Assembly (NCBI GenBank): GCA_035760065.1
Contig: DASTTQ010000016.1
Location: 57,071-121,070, forward strand
Direction: 5' to 3'
Length of the DNA stretch: 64,000 nucleotides
Source of the DNA: Solirubrobacterales bacterium
GTDB lineage: Bacteria > Actinomycetota > Thermoleophilia > Solirubrobacterales > 70-9
The notes beneath the pieces are model-generated. The model ran no database searches. It had not been told where the DNA came from and saw only the letters and a program-made list of their open reading frames with translations. A program made the position numbers and the translations under genes. This document shows positions 24,931 to 34,057 of this stretch, one piece after another (position 1 is the first letter of the stretch; the number at the start of each line of letters is the position of its first letter).

Positions 24931-25077
24931 TCAGGCGGCGCCGCGCCGGAAGACCAGCCGCCAGGCGCGGCCGAGCACCGCGAGCACGGTGAAGGCGACC
25001 GCCAGCCCGATCGCGCCGAGCACGAGGAGGAACAGCACGAAGGCGACGATCGCCAGGGGAACGAGGAGAAGTTTCAC
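24931..25077 (-). CDS. Possible 48-aa single-pass membrane peptide (below the ORF-track length cut-off)
   Basis: Manual translation from GTG 25077 gives VKLLLVPLAIVAFVLFLLVLGAIGLAVAFTVLAVLGRAWRLVFRRGAA, with strongly G/C-rich third positions. The ribosome-binding site is weak. Confidence 0.3.
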   Translation of the reverse strand: MKLLLVPLAIVAFVLFLLVLGAIGLAVAFTVLAVLGRAWRLVFRRGAA

Positions 25078-25100
25078 GCGTCCGTAGTCTTTCAAGGAGC

Positions 25101-25823
25101 ATGGGACCTGCGGCCGCGCTGGCGACGGTGATGATCGCCTTCGGCCACGTCGGGATGGGCGTGGCCGGGGGTGACCGTGCGATCGACACCGTCGGCGACA
25201 GCCTGGCGCTGGTCAGCGTCCGCCACCAGCTCGGCGCCGAGGCCGCTGGCCGGCCCGATCCCGAACCGGCCAAGGCCACCCCCACCGCGGCGGAAATCGC
25301 CGCCGACCCCTCGAAGCTTCCCCCCGCCTCGGCCGGCAGCAACGGCACCGACGTCCCACACTCCTCCAGCCTCCCGCGGAATGCGATCTTCGCCCACCGC
25401 CGCGCCGGCGACTCCAGCTCGGCGATCCTTCTCACCGGCGTCGCCCTCGCGCCGCCCGACGCACCCGAAGCGGTCAAGGGGGCGATCAACGCCGCCAACA
25501 CGATCATCGGCCGCCCCTACATATGGGGCGGCGGCCATACCTCGTTCTACTCGCGGGGCTACGACTGCTCGGGCTCGGTCAGCTTCGCTCTCTTCGGCGG
25601 CGGGCTCATCCCCCGCCCGCTCACCTCGAGCGACCTGGAGCACTGGGGCGCGCCGGGGCCCGGCAGGTGGATCACCGTCTATGCCAACGCCGGCCACACC
25701 TTCGCCGAGATCGCCGGCCTGCGCTGGGACACGGTCGGCGACGAGCAGGGGACCGGCCCCCGCTGGCACCTCGCACCAACTTCCACCGCCGGCTTCGTCG
25801 TGCGCCACCCGCCCGGCCTGTAA
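25101..25823 (+). CDS. NlpC/P60-family cell-wall hydrolase
   Basis: IIGRPYIWGGGHTSFYSRGYDCSGSVSFAL contains the NlpC/P60 catalytic Cys context, with a downstream His (AGHTFAEI). Confidence 0.8.
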   Translation: MGPAAALATVMIAFGHVGMGVAGGDRAIDTVGDSLALVSVRHQLGAEAAGRPDPEPAKATPTAAEIAADPSKLPPASAGSNGTDVPHSSSLPRNAIFAHRRAGDSSSAILLTGVALAPPDAPEAVKGAINAANTIIGRPYIWGGGHTSFYSRGYDCSGSVSFALFGGGLIPRPLTSSDLEHWGAPGPGRWITVYANAGHTFAEIAGLRWDTVGDEQGTGPRWHLAPTSTAGFVVRHPPGL

Positions 25824-25986
25824 CCAGCCGGTCGAACCGTAAGCGTCACTCCGCAGGTAATGGTGGAAACACTGTCAGCGCTGCAAATGTCTGCAGTAAC
25901 ACGCCTGAGAAATTGAACAAGCTGTTCATTCCTTCAACTACGATCAGGCCCTCGGCAGTAATCAGCCACCGATAAGAGAGCGAGCG

Positions 25987-26577
25987 ATGTCAACCAAAGC
26001 CGAACGGCGCAAGGCGGCCGAAAACCGGATCAAGGCGATGAGCCACCCCCTGCGGGCGGCGGTCCTCCGCATCCTCGTCGACCGCACCGCGAGCCCAGCC
26101 GAAATGGCGCGTGAGCTCGAGGAGGAGCTTTCGAATGTCAGTTACCACACCAAACAGCTCGTCGAGTTCGAATGCGCCGAGCTGGTCGGCACGCGCCCGG
26201 TGCGCGGCGCTCTGGAGCATTTCTACAGCGCCACCGAGCGCCACCTGATCGAGACCGACGAGTGGGAAGAGATCGACCCGGTGATAGCAGAGGACATCAT
26301 CTGCGAAACGCAGCAGAAGATGCTCGACGACTTCGTCGCCTCGGTCCGCGCGCAGATGATCGGCACAGACAAGGACTTCCACCAGACCCGGACCTCGCTC
26401 GTCCTCGACGCGGAGGGGTTGCAGGAGGCGCTCGACGCCCACGAACGGACGCGGATGGAGCTGATCGAGATCGCCGCCCGCGCCGCCAGCCGGATGGTCG
26501 AGTCAGGCGAGGAGGGGGTCAACGTCTCGAGTATCCAGGCCTGCTTTCGGGTGCCGGGGCCGAACGCCGTCCGCTGA
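25987..26577 (+). CDS. ArsR-like winged-helix transcriptional regulator with a C-terminal extension
   Basis: IKAMSHPLRAAVLRILVDRTASPAEMARELEEELSNVSYHTKQLVEFECAELV fits the ArsR/SmtB HTH. It is preceded by an AT-richer 160-bp spacer. Confidence 0.7.
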   Translation: MSTKAERRKAAENRIKAMSHPLRAAVLRILVDRTASPAEMARELEEELSNVSYHTKQLVEFECAELVGTRPVRGALEHFYSATERHLIETDEWEEIDPVIAEDIICETQQKMLDDFVASVRAQMIGTDKDFHQTRTSLVLDAEGLQEALDAHERTRMELIEIAARAASRMVESGEEGVNVSSIQACFRVPGPNAVR

Positions 26578-28431
26578 GCCGCCCTCGACGATCACCCGGC
26601 AGGGGCGCTTGGCCAGCAGGTAGCGGGTCGTCGGGCCCAGCAGCCGCTCGTCGCTTGGGGCGTGCTCGGTGCTGACGTAGACCAGGTCCGAGCGCCGCTC
26701 CCGCGCCTCCTCGACGATCGCCCGACCGGGGTTGCGGGTGCGGATCAGCTTCGTCCGCACCTTCAGCCCGCGGGCGCGCGCCTGCAGCCTGGCGATGTCC
26801 AGCACGCAGCGGGCTTCGTATTCCTGGGCGTCGAAATCGGTGTCCGGGAGCGCGTGGGCGGGCGGGATTTTCAACACGTAGAGGGCCTCGACGGTGGCGT
26901 CCGGGTCGACCACCGCCGCCGCCCGGTGCATCGCCTCGCCGTCGACGTTGGTGCCGAAGATCGGCACCAGGACCGATTTGTAGGAGACCTCGAGGAAGTC
27001 GAGCGGGCGCTCGCGGCGGTGGACCTGCGCCAGCGCCCGCGGGTCGATCCCGAGCCGGCGGCGGTAGAGCAGGTAGCCGACCACGCCCGCCCCGAGCCAG
27101 GCGGTGCCGATGATCCGCGCCTCGGGGTGGAGGATGACCACCGAGACGAAGGCGGCGCCGGTCCCGATCGCGCCGATCACCGCCGTCAGCGGGATCTCGC
27201 TCCCCCGCCAGGGCACGTTCCAGGGCGCCCTGTAGGGCCGTTCGACGTCGGGCCGCCGGCGGCGCAGGGCGATGATCGAGAGGTGGGCGATCGTGAACGA
27301 GAGCATCGCCCCGAAGCTGTAGAGATTGCCGAGGAATTCGGTGTTGCCCGGCAGCACCAGCAGCGCCGCGAGCACCGAGAAGAAGAGGATCGTGATCCAG
27401 GGGGTGTGGTAGCGGCGGTGGAGGCGGGCGAAGGCACCGGGCAGCTGGCGGTGCTCGGCCAGCGACCAGGAGAGGCGGGAGATGCCGATCATCCCCGCGT
27501 TGGTGGCGATGATCAGGATCGTCGCCGCCAGCGCTCCCACGTAGTAGTTGGCGAAGGTGGCGACGGCGCCGTGCAGGCCGAGCGCGGAGACGATCCCCAG
27601 CACCGGGTCGTCGGCGTAGGTGGTGCCGAGCGCGGTCGCGTAGTGGCCCGGCGCGACCTGGTGGACCGGCAGCGCCGAGAGGGCGATGACCGAGATCCCG
27701 GCGTAGAGGCCGAGTACCGCGACCAGCACCATGTTCACGGCTTTCGGCACCTGCTCGCCCGGGTCGCGCGCCTCCTCGGCCATGTTGGAAACGGTCTCGA
27801 TCCCGGTGTAGGCGAGCATCGAGATGGAGACCGCGAAGACGAGCTGGGTCCAGCTCGGGGCGAGGCCGAGGTGGACCTGGTCGATCAGGGTCGAGGGATG
27901 CAGGACCAGCGCGGCGCCGATCACGACCAGCGCCAGCTGGGTGCAGAGGTCGAGCACGGCGAGGCCGATGTTCAGCTTCGCCGACTCCCCCAGGCCGCGG
28001 ATGTTGACCAGGGCGAGGAGGCCGATCACGGCGACGCCGCCGATCACGTCCCCGGGCTCGCGCCCCAGCGCCGGGAAGAACGCCGCCAGGTAGTGGGGGA
28101 CGAAGAAGGCGCTGATCGCGATCGTGAGGATGTAGTCGAGCGAGAGCCCCCAGCCGGCGACGAAGGAGACGACCTCGTTGAAGGCGTGGCGGGCGAAGGA
28201 GGAGGAGCCGCCGGCCTCGGGGAACATCGCCGCCCCCTCGGCGTAGGTCTTGGCGGTGAGGGCGAAGAGGCCGCCGGCGAAGAGGAAGACCAGCGGCGTC
28301 AACCCCAGCGCGTGGGCGGCGACCAGCCCCAGCGCGTAGTAGATGGACGAGCCGACGTTGCCGTAAGCGGTCGCGAACAGGCCGGGGACGCCGACCGTCT
28401 TGCGCAGCCCCCGCACCTTCAGTTGAGCCAT
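26503..28431 (-). CDS. APC-family amino-acid/polyamine permease fused to a C-terminal universal-stress-protein-like domain
   Basis: GVPGLFATAYGNVGSSIYYALGLVA is followed by about 12 hydrophobic segments. The C-terminal roughly 150 aa are soluble and USP-like (SVLVPIFGTNVDGEAMHRAA...LVYVSTEH...RPCRVIV). Confidence 0.85.
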   Translation of the reverse strand: MAQLKVRGLRKTVGVPGLFATAYGNVGSSIYYALGLVAAHALGLTPLVFLFAGGLFALTAKTYAEGAAMFPEAGGSSSFARHAFNEVVSFVAGWGLSLDYILTIAISAFFVPHYLAAFFPALGREPGDVIGGVAVIGLLALVNIRGLGESAKLNIGLAVLDLCTQLALVVIGAALVLHPSTLIDQVHLGLAPSWTQLVFAVSISMLAYTGIETVSNMAEEARDPGEQVPKAVNMVLVAVLGLYAGISVIALSALPVHQVAPGHYATALGTTYADDPVLGIVSALGLHGAVATFANYYVGALAATILIIATNAGMIGISRLSWSLAEHRQLPGAFARLHRRYHTPWITILFFSVLAALLVLPGNTEFLGNLYSFGAMLSFTIAHLSIIALRRRRPDVERPYRAPWNVPWRGSEIPLTAVIGAIGTGAAFVSVVILHPEARIIGTAWLGAGVVGYLLYRRRLGIDPRALAQVHRRERPLDFLEVSYKSVLVPIFGTNVDGEAMHRAAAVVDPDATVEALYVLKIPPAHALPDTDFDAQEYEARCVLDIARLQARARGLKVRTKLIRTRNPGRAIVEEARERRSDLVYVSTEHAPSDERLLGPTTRYLLAKRPCRVIVEGGSADGVRPRHPKAGLDTRDVDPLLA

Positions 28432-28526
28432 ATGGATCGCTTCGATCGTCCTCCCGACCCCGTGAAGGCCGCGTCAAGAAGCGGCGAGCGCGTATACAGA
28501 TCTTGTGAAGATCGGAGGTAGGAGCC

Positions 28527-29204
28527 TCAGGTGAGAACGAGCTCGAGCGTGCCGCGGATCAGCAGCAGGACGCCGATCGCTATCGCCACCCTCGCTCCCG
28601 CGATCCGGCCCCGCTCGCTGAGCCAGCGCCGGAAGCGGTCGACCGCGTCCTGGGTCCACTCGGGCGAGATCGCGTAGCCGACCAGCGGCACCTCGAGCAG
28701 CACGTCCTGGATCACGCAGAAGAGGACGACGAGGAAGATCGTCGCGCCGACCCCGGGGTCGAGGTGGACCAGCCGGTTGAGCGCGACCAGGTAGGAGGCG
28801 CCGGGAAAGCTGAGCAGGGCGCCGAGCGCAAAGGCGACCTTCGGCGAGCCGCGGCCGAGCATCCGCTGCGTCCACGGTTCCTTCGCCGCTTCCTTCTTCC
28901 GCCGCCGCCGCTCCTCGCCGAATTCGCTGCGCAGGACGAGGCCGACGATCACGGCGATCGCGCCGAAGACCAGGTCCTCGGCCGGCGTCAGCGTCGTCTT
29001 CGCGGTTTCGACGCTGCCGCTGCCGTGGAAGGAGAAGGCGATCAGCAGCCCCGCGGCGATGCTGGTCAGGTAGCTGCCCAGCAGGTAGCCGAGCATCAGC
29101 CGTTTCGTCTCGGGCAGCAGCATCATCACCGTCGCCGCTGCGAGCAGCGTCGGGTTCAACATCGCCGTGAGCGACAGCGCTAGGAAGCTGACGAGATCGC
29201 CCAC
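28527..29204 (-). CDS. Integral membrane protein (GAP/Sap-like family)
   Basis: 225 aa with about 6 hydrophobic helices and a central charged loop (EERRRRKKEAAKE). The family call is from memory only. Confidence 0.55.
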   Translation of the reverse strand: MGDLVSFLALSLTAMLNPTLLAAATVMMLLPETKRLMLGYLLGSYLTSIAAGLLIAFSFHGSGSVETAKTTLTPAEDLVFGAIAVIVGLVLRSEFGEERRRRKKEAAKEPWTQRMLGRGSPKVAFALGALLSFPGASYLVALNRLVHLDPGVGATIFLVVLFCVIQDVLLEVPLVGYAISPEWTQDAVDRFRRWLSERGRIAGARVAIAIGVLLLIRGTLELVLT

Positions 29205-29230
29205 GGCGATGGAGTTTCACTCTCGGGGGT

Positions 29231-29662
29231 TTATTCCTCCCAGCGCGCGGTCAGTTGGTAAATGATCGTGACGTCGAGGATGATGATCAGGAACGCCCAC
29301 AGCGGCGCCGCCGGGAACCAGACGATCTGGGCGACGGCGTTCACCGCGACGAAGAACACGGCCGCCACCCGCGCCGCCTGAGCGCCGGCGAAGAGGCCGA
29401 GACCGGTGGCCGCGACCAGCGAGCCGAGGATGAGGTGGATCCATCCCCAGGTGGTGATGTCGGCGATGATCACGCCCTGGCCGCCGACGATCACGACTTC
29501 GTTGTTGAGGATCGCCGCCAGCCCGTAGAGCGCGTCGAGCGAGCCGACGATCAGCAGCAGCACGCCGGCGAAGACGGTCCAGCCGGTCGGCTGCCGCTCC
29601 GCCCCGTACCTCCCCTCACTCCTGCTAGGTGGTGCACTCGCCTCCATAGGGACTCCTTTCAC
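29231..29662 (-). CDS. Integral membrane protein (conserved actinobacterial DUF7144-like family)
   Basis: WTVFAGVLLLIVGSLDALYGLAAILNNE...WGWIHLILGSLVAATGLGLFAG...AVAQIVWFPAAPLWAFLIIILDVTIIYQL fits that family as I recall it. Confidence 0.55.
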   Translation of the reverse strand: MKGVPMEASAPPSRSEGRYGAERQPTGWTVFAGVLLLIVGSLDALYGLAAILNNEVVIVGGQGVIIADITTWGWIHLILGSLVAATGLGLFAGAQAARVAAVFFVAVNAVAQIVWFPAAPLWAFLIIILDVTIIYQLTARWEE

Positions 29663-29775
29663 ATGGGCCGCGTGGCCGTTTGCCTTTCAGCACCCCCTGC
29701 CCCGCGCAAGCGCGAGTGCAATGAAGAACCTAAGGGGTACTGCCGACGAGCGCCATCCGCAATGTTCCGAACGGT

Positions 29776-30456
29776 TTACGCTGCGAACCTGTAGCCAACG
29801 CCGGGGTCGGTGCGGATGAAGACGTGCTCTCCGGGCGGCTCGATCTTGCGGCGCAGGTTGGCGACGTGGGCGCGCAGGACCTGGAGGTCGTCTTCGTACT
29901 CGACCCCCCAGACCTCGACCAGGAGAGCGCGGTGGGTCATCAACCGGCCCCTGTTGCGGACGAGGACGCGCAGCAGCTCGAACTCGGTCGGGGTCAGGTG
30001 GACCTCCTCCCCGTCGCGCTTGACGACGCGGGCTGCGAGGTCGACCTCGAGGCCGTCCACCTCGAGCGCCGGCTCGGCATCCTCCGGGCGGGCGCGCCGC
30101 AGCGCGGCTTCCAGCCGCGCCACCAGCTCACGCGGGCCGAAGGGCTTGGTCACGTAGTCGTCGGCGCCCGCCGTCAGCGCCTCGACCTTGCGGTCCTCCT
30201 CGCCCACCGCGGAGAGGACGACGATCGGCATCTCGCTCCACTCGCGGATCCGCCGCGTCACCTCGATCCCGTCGATGTCGGGCAGCATCAGGTCGAGGAT
30301 CGCTGCCTGCGGTGGGCGGACGGCGAGCAGGTCGAGCGCTTCCTCGCCGCTCGTCGCCGGAACCGCCTCGAAGCCGGCGTCGCGGAGGATCACCCGCAGC
30401 GCCCGCACGATCTGCGGCTCGTCGTCGCAGACGAGGACGCGCCGCTGCTCGCTCAA
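29776..30456 (-). CDS. OmpR-family response regulator, KdpE-like
   Basis: Receiver domain VLVCDDEPQI...ILDLMLPDIDG...KPF and winged-helix output LTPTEFELLRVL...IRTDPGVGYRF are present. Confidence 0.9.
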   Translation of the reverse strand: MSEQRRVLVCDDEPQIVRALRVILRDAGFEAVPATSGEEALDLLAVRPPQAAILDLMLPDIDGIEVTRRIREWSEMPIVVLSAVGEEDRKVEALTAGADDYVTKPFGPRELVARLEAALRRARPEDAEPALEVDGLEVDLAARVVKRDGEEVHLTPTEFELLRVLVRNRGRLMTHRALLVEVWGVEYEDDLQVLRAHVANLRRKIEPPGEHVFIRTDPGVGYRFAA

Positions 30457-31601
30457 CTCGCCCCCCCGTTGAGCGGGAACGAGACGACGAAGGTGCTCCC
30501 CTGCCCCGGGACCGACTCGACCGCGATCTCGCCGCCGTTGGCCTCGATGAAGCCCTTGGCGATCGCGAGCCCCAGGCCGAACCCCTGCTGCCCGCCCGGG
30601 CGCCGGTAGAACGGCTCGAAGATCCGTTGCCGTTCCCCCTCGGGGATGCCGGGCCCCTGGTCGACGACCCGCACCACGAGGCGGCCGCCGCTCTCACGCG
30701 AGCGCACCAGCACCGGGCGCCCGCCGCCGTGCCGGACCCCGTTCTCGAGCAGGTTGGCGAAGGCGCGCTCCAGCTGCACCGGGTCGGCGATGATCGCCGG
30801 GATCGCCGGGTCGACCCCGAGCCTGACCTCGGCCCCGCCGCCGCCGATCGACTCTCGCGCCGCCTCCAGCACGCCCGCAAGGTCTACCGGCTCCTGCCGC
30901 GGCTCGGCGCTGCCGGACTCCAAGCGCGAGACGTCGAGCAGGTTCTCGACCAGCCGCGCCAGCCGCTGGCCTTCGACGACCACCGCCTCGCTCAGCTCGT
31001 GGCGCTCCTGCTCGGTCAGGGTCGGCGAGTCGAGCGCGGTGCCGGCGGCGATGATCGAGGTCAGCGGGGTGCGCAGGTCGTGGGAGACCGAGCGCAGCAG
31101 CGCCGTCTTCAGCTCGTCGCTGCGCCGCAGCGCCCCGGCCTCGATCGCCTCGGCTTCGATCCGGTCGCGATCGGCGGCGAGCTCGCGCAGCTCGGCGAGG
31201 ACTTCGTCCGTCTCTTCGCGCCGCCGCTCGGCCTCGGCGGCGCGGCCCCGTGCCATCTCGGCCACCGCGCTGCCGGCGATCGCGACGATGACGAAGGTGA
31301 CGAGCGCCACCGCGTCGCGGTCGGCGGCGATGTCGAAGCGGCCGGTCGGGGGGATGTGGAACCAGTTGAAGGCGAGCGCGCTGACGACCGCGGCGAGGAG
31401 GCCGATCCGCCACCCCCAGACAGTCGAGATGAAGAGCACCCCGGGGATGTAGACGACGCCGAGCGAGACCGCGGGAGCCACCGACTTCAGGGGGTAGACG
31501 AGCAGCGTCGCCAGCGCCACCGCCGTCGCGGTCGCCAGAACTCCCAACCACCAGGGAGGGGCCTCGGACCCCAATCCGAAGCTGAGAGCGCGGCGGTGCA
31601 C
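30453..31601 (-). CDS. Sensor histidine kinase resembling the C-terminal half of KdpD (DUF4118-like TM domain, HisKA and HATPase) but lacking the N-terminal KdpD/Usp sensor
   Basis: TM region GVVYIPGVLFISTVWGWRIGLLAAVVSALAFNWFHIPP, H-box SVSHDLRTPLTSI, N-box FANLLENGVRH and G-box GFGLGLAIAKG are present. The stop overlaps the response-regulator start by 4 nt. Confidence 0.85.
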   Translation of the reverse strand: MHRRALSFGLGSEAPPWWLGVLATATAVALATLLVYPLKSVAPAVSLGVVYIPGVLFISTVWGWRIGLLAAVVSALAFNWFHIPPTGRFDIAADRDAVALVTFVIVAIAGSAVAEMARGRAAEAERRREETDEVLAELRELAADRDRIEAEAIEAGALRRSDELKTALLRSVSHDLRTPLTSIIAAGTALDSPTLTEQERHELSEAVVVEGQRLARLVENLLDVSRLESGSAEPRQEPVDLAGVLEAARESIGGGGAEVRLGVDPAIPAIIADPVQLERAFANLLENGVRHGGGRPVLVRSRESGGRLVVRVVDQGPGIPEGERQRIFEPFYRRPGGQQGFGLGLAIAKGFIEANGGEIAVESVPGQGSTFVVSFPLNGGAS

Positions 31602-31659
31602 GCTGCCAGCGTAAAGATCCAGGTGCGGATCGTTCAGGAAGCCGTCGGCACCACGGTCC

Positions 31660-32229
31660 TCATGCGCTTCGGGCCCAGCCGATCGATGCCGCCGCGAGCC
31701 CCGTCAACCCATAGGCCAGCGAGAGGCCGATCGCACCGAACTTGAGCAGCGCGGCGATGCGAGCCACCTCAGGCCAGGGGGAAGCGGGTTCCCCCCAGAG
31801 CGAGATGTCCAGCCCGAGGTTCTCGACGTAGTCGAAGGCCGCTGCGGCGACGGCGACCCAGGCCATGGCGATCCCCGCCGCGGCGATGCGCTCACGGCCG
31901 AGCCGGCGCCAGGCGCCGGACGCCGCGATGCAGGCGCCGGCGAGCGCGCCTGCGTAGATGAGCGGATAGAGGAAGTCGGACAGCTGGATCGCCTTCGCCT
32001 CTTCGATCACGCCTTCCGCTTCCCAGGTCGTGACGATCTCCTGCGCGCGCTCGACCGAACCGGCAAGCTCGAAGGCGACGATGTCCTCGCCGCCGGGCCT
32101 GTCTTCGTGCAACGGGTGCAGCACCGTGCCGAGAACGAGCGGGAGGAGCGCCAATGCGGCGAGGCAGGCGAAGGCGAGGCGCCGGTGCCTGCGCGGCCGG
32201 CGCTGGAGCGGATGGGTGAGCGCCCCCAT
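31660..32229 (-). CDS. Hypothetical membrane protein
   Basis: 189 aa with several hydrophobic segments and coding-like composition. I recognise no family. Confidence 0.5.
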   Translation of the reverse strand: MGALTHPLQRRPRRHRRLAFACLAALALLPLVLGTVLHPLHEDRPGGEDIVAFELAGSVERAQEIVTTWEAEGVIEEAKAIQLSDFLYPLIYAGALAGACIAASGAWRRLGRERIAAAGIAMAWVAVAAAAFDYVENLGLDISLWGEPASPWPEVARIAALLKFGAIGLSLAYGLTGLAAASIGWARSA

Positions 32230-32774
32230 TACGGCTGGGCGCCGCAGACCTTGAAGCCATACTGCCTGGCCAGGTCGGCCGTTGCGCGCGTTTCGGCGTC
32301 GGCCCTTTCGGCCGTTGCCTGGGCCTTGGCGTCTTCGTGATGCACCAGCGCCGCGCCATAGGCGAGGCTCCCTTCGAACGCCGATTCGATCTTCCGGAAG
32401 ATCGCTTCGAGCTGAGTCGAGTCGGCCTTCGGAATCCCAAGCGCCCTGACCCGCGTCAGACTGGCTTCGGCCATCGCGACGATCTGCCCCAACGTCCGGG
32501 CCAGTTCCCGGCGAGTGCCGTCCGTAAGGCCCTCATCGCTCTGTTCCTCACCCCTCGCCTTCCGAGTCACCTCTTCCAGCCTCCTCCGCAGCGGTTCCTG
32601 CCGCGCCTTCGACTCTTCACAGAGCGCATCCGCCTTGGCCACGAACTCGGCCTTGCTCAGCGACGCTTCCCCACTCGTTGCGGCGTCGATCGCAGAGCTC
32701 GAGCTCGCCGAGGAAGAGCCACAGCCGGCGACGAGGGCAAAGGCAACGAAGACGAGCGGAGCGAAACGCTTCAC
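32229..32774 (-). CDS. Putative lipoprotein
   Basis: Signal plus lipobox MKRFAPLVFVAFALVAGCGSS. The remainder is helical and charged. Confidence 0.65.
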   Translation of the reverse strand: MKRFAPLVFVAFALVAGCGSSSASSSSAIDAATSGEASLSKAEFVAKADALCEESKARQEPLRRRLEEVTRKARGEEQSDEGLTDGTRRELARTLGQIVAMAEASLTRVRALGIPKADSTQLEAIFRKIESAFEGSLAYGAALVHHEDAKAQATAERADAETRATADLARQYGFKVCGAQP

Positions 32775-32798
32775 GGCCGTGGAACCTACCTCTTGGAA

Positions 32799-32873
32799 AG
32801 CCCCCGGCTGGATTCGAACCAGCGACCGTCGGATTAGAAGTCCGATGCTCTATCCAGGCTGAGCTACGGGGGC
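32799..32873 (-). tRNA. tRNA-Arg (anticodon TCT)
   Basis: The minus-strand read GCCCCCGTAGCTCAGCCTGGATAGAGCATCGGACTTCTAATCCGACGGTCGCTGGTTCGAATCCAGCCGGGGGCT folds as a cloverleaf with anticodon loop CTTCTAA. Confidence 0.9.
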
Positions 32874-32934
32874 TTGGGGGGCGAGCGGAGCGTAGCGTTG
32901 CAGTGAGCGGATGGGCGACGGTAGGATCGTCGCC

Positions 32935-33195
32935 ATGGCAATCAAACTGCATCGCTGCCGGCTCGAGTGGGTCAAGATCGGGGCGCACCCCTGCTGGAAA
33001 GTCCAGAAGGCGCTCGACGAGCAGGGAGTCGACTACGAGGTGGTCAGGGAACCGCTGCGCGACCGGAGCGGGGTCGAGGAGCTGTCGGGGCAGGGCAAGT
33101 ACCCGGTGATCGAGTTCGAGGACGGGCGCGTCTATCGCGAGGAGTCCAAGGACATGGCCACCAGGATCCGCGCCGGCAAGCTGTTCGACGCCTGA
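32935..33195 (+). CDS. Glutaredoxin/GST-N-like thioredoxin-fold protein
   Basis: MAIKLHRCRLEWVKIGAHPCWKVQKALDEQGVDYEVV...GKYPVIEFEDGRVY. The size and pattern fit small Grx2/GST_N-like proteins. ATG 32935 is preferred over 32911. Confidence 0.55.
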   Translation: MAIKLHRCRLEWVKIGAHPCWKVQKALDEQGVDYEVVREPLRDRSGVEELSGQGKYPVIEFEDGRVYREESKDMATRIRAGKLFDA

Positions 33196-33199
33196 GCCC

Positions 33200-34009
33200 G
33201 TGCCGAGCATCCGCACTCCCGCCGCCGAGCTGCATTACGCGCGCAGCGGCTCCGGCGAGCCGCTGCTGCTGATCCAGGGGATGAGCGGCACCCACGTCTC
33301 CTGGGGGGAGCCGTTCCTGGCGCCGCTGCGCGAGCGCTTCGAAGTCGTCGCCTTCGACAACCGCGGCATCGGCCTCTCCGCCCCGATCGACGGGCCGTTC
33401 ACGATCGCCGAGATGGCCGAGGACACGGAGGCGCTGATGGCGGAGCTGGGCCTGGACAGCGCCCACGTGGTCGGCATCTCGATGGGCGGGATGATCGCCC
33501 AGGATCTGGCCCTCGCCCATCCCGAGCGACTGCGCTCGCTGACCCTCGGCTGCACCTACTGCGGCGGCCCGGGCTCGCAGCTGATGCCGGAGGAGAACGC
33601 CCGCAAGCTGATGGAGGGGATGGCCTCGGGCGACCGCGAGAAGGCGATCCGGGCCGCCTACGAAGTCAACCTCTCCCCCGCCTTCCGCGCCGACGTGAGC
33701 CGCTTCGCCCCCTTCCACGAGATGGCGACCACGGTGCCCGCCGCCAAACAGACGATCGAACTGCAGGTGCAGGCGATCTTCGGCCACGACACCAGCGGCC
33801 GCCTCGGCGAGATCTCGATCCCGACGCTGATCGTCCACGGCACCGAGGACGGCGTTCTCCCCTGCGCCAACGGGGATCTGATCGCCTCGCTGATGCCGGC
33901 CGCCCGCCTCGAGACCCGCGAGGGAGTCGGCCACATGTTCTGGTGGGAGCAGCCCGAGGTCTCAGCGGACCTGATCCGCGAGCACGCGTTCGCCGCCGGT
34001 CGCGCTTAG
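33200..34009 (+). CDS. Alpha/beta-fold hydrolase
   Basis: The nucleophile elbow GISMGG, an HG-like oxyanion region (LLLIQGMSG) and a C-terminal GHMFWWEQPE are present. Confidence 0.8.
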   Translation: MPSIRTPAAELHYARSGSGEPLLLIQGMSGTHVSWGEPFLAPLRERFEVVAFDNRGIGLSAPIDGPFTIAEMAEDTEALMAELGLDSAHVVGISMGGMIAQDLALAHPERLRSLTLGCTYCGGPGSQLMPEENARKLMEGMASGDREKAIRAAYEVNLSPAFRADVSRFAPFHEMATTVPAAKQTIELQVQAIFGHDTSGRLGEISIPTLIVHGTEDGVLPCANGDLIASLMPAARLETREGVGHMFWWEQPEVSADLIREHAFAAGRA

Positions 34010-34043
34010 GCGAGTTTGTCAACTTCTGGTTGACAAACTCGCC
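34009..34043. terminator. Perfect 15-bp-stem hairpin between convergent genes (candidate bidirectional terminator)
   Basis: GGCGAGTTTGTCAAC-TTCTG-GTTGACAAACTCGCC. It begins at the last base of the hydrolase stop codon and ends 15 nt before the stop of the minus-strand membrane-protein gene. Confidence 0.6.
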
Positions 34044-34057
34044 AGCCCTGCCAGCGT

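Noticed and set aside
26519-28521. ORFs 26519..28477(-) and 26662..28521(+) overlapping the permease gene
   Set aside because: They are shadow frames. Only the 26503..28431 frame gives a hydrophobic 12-TM APC-type sequence.
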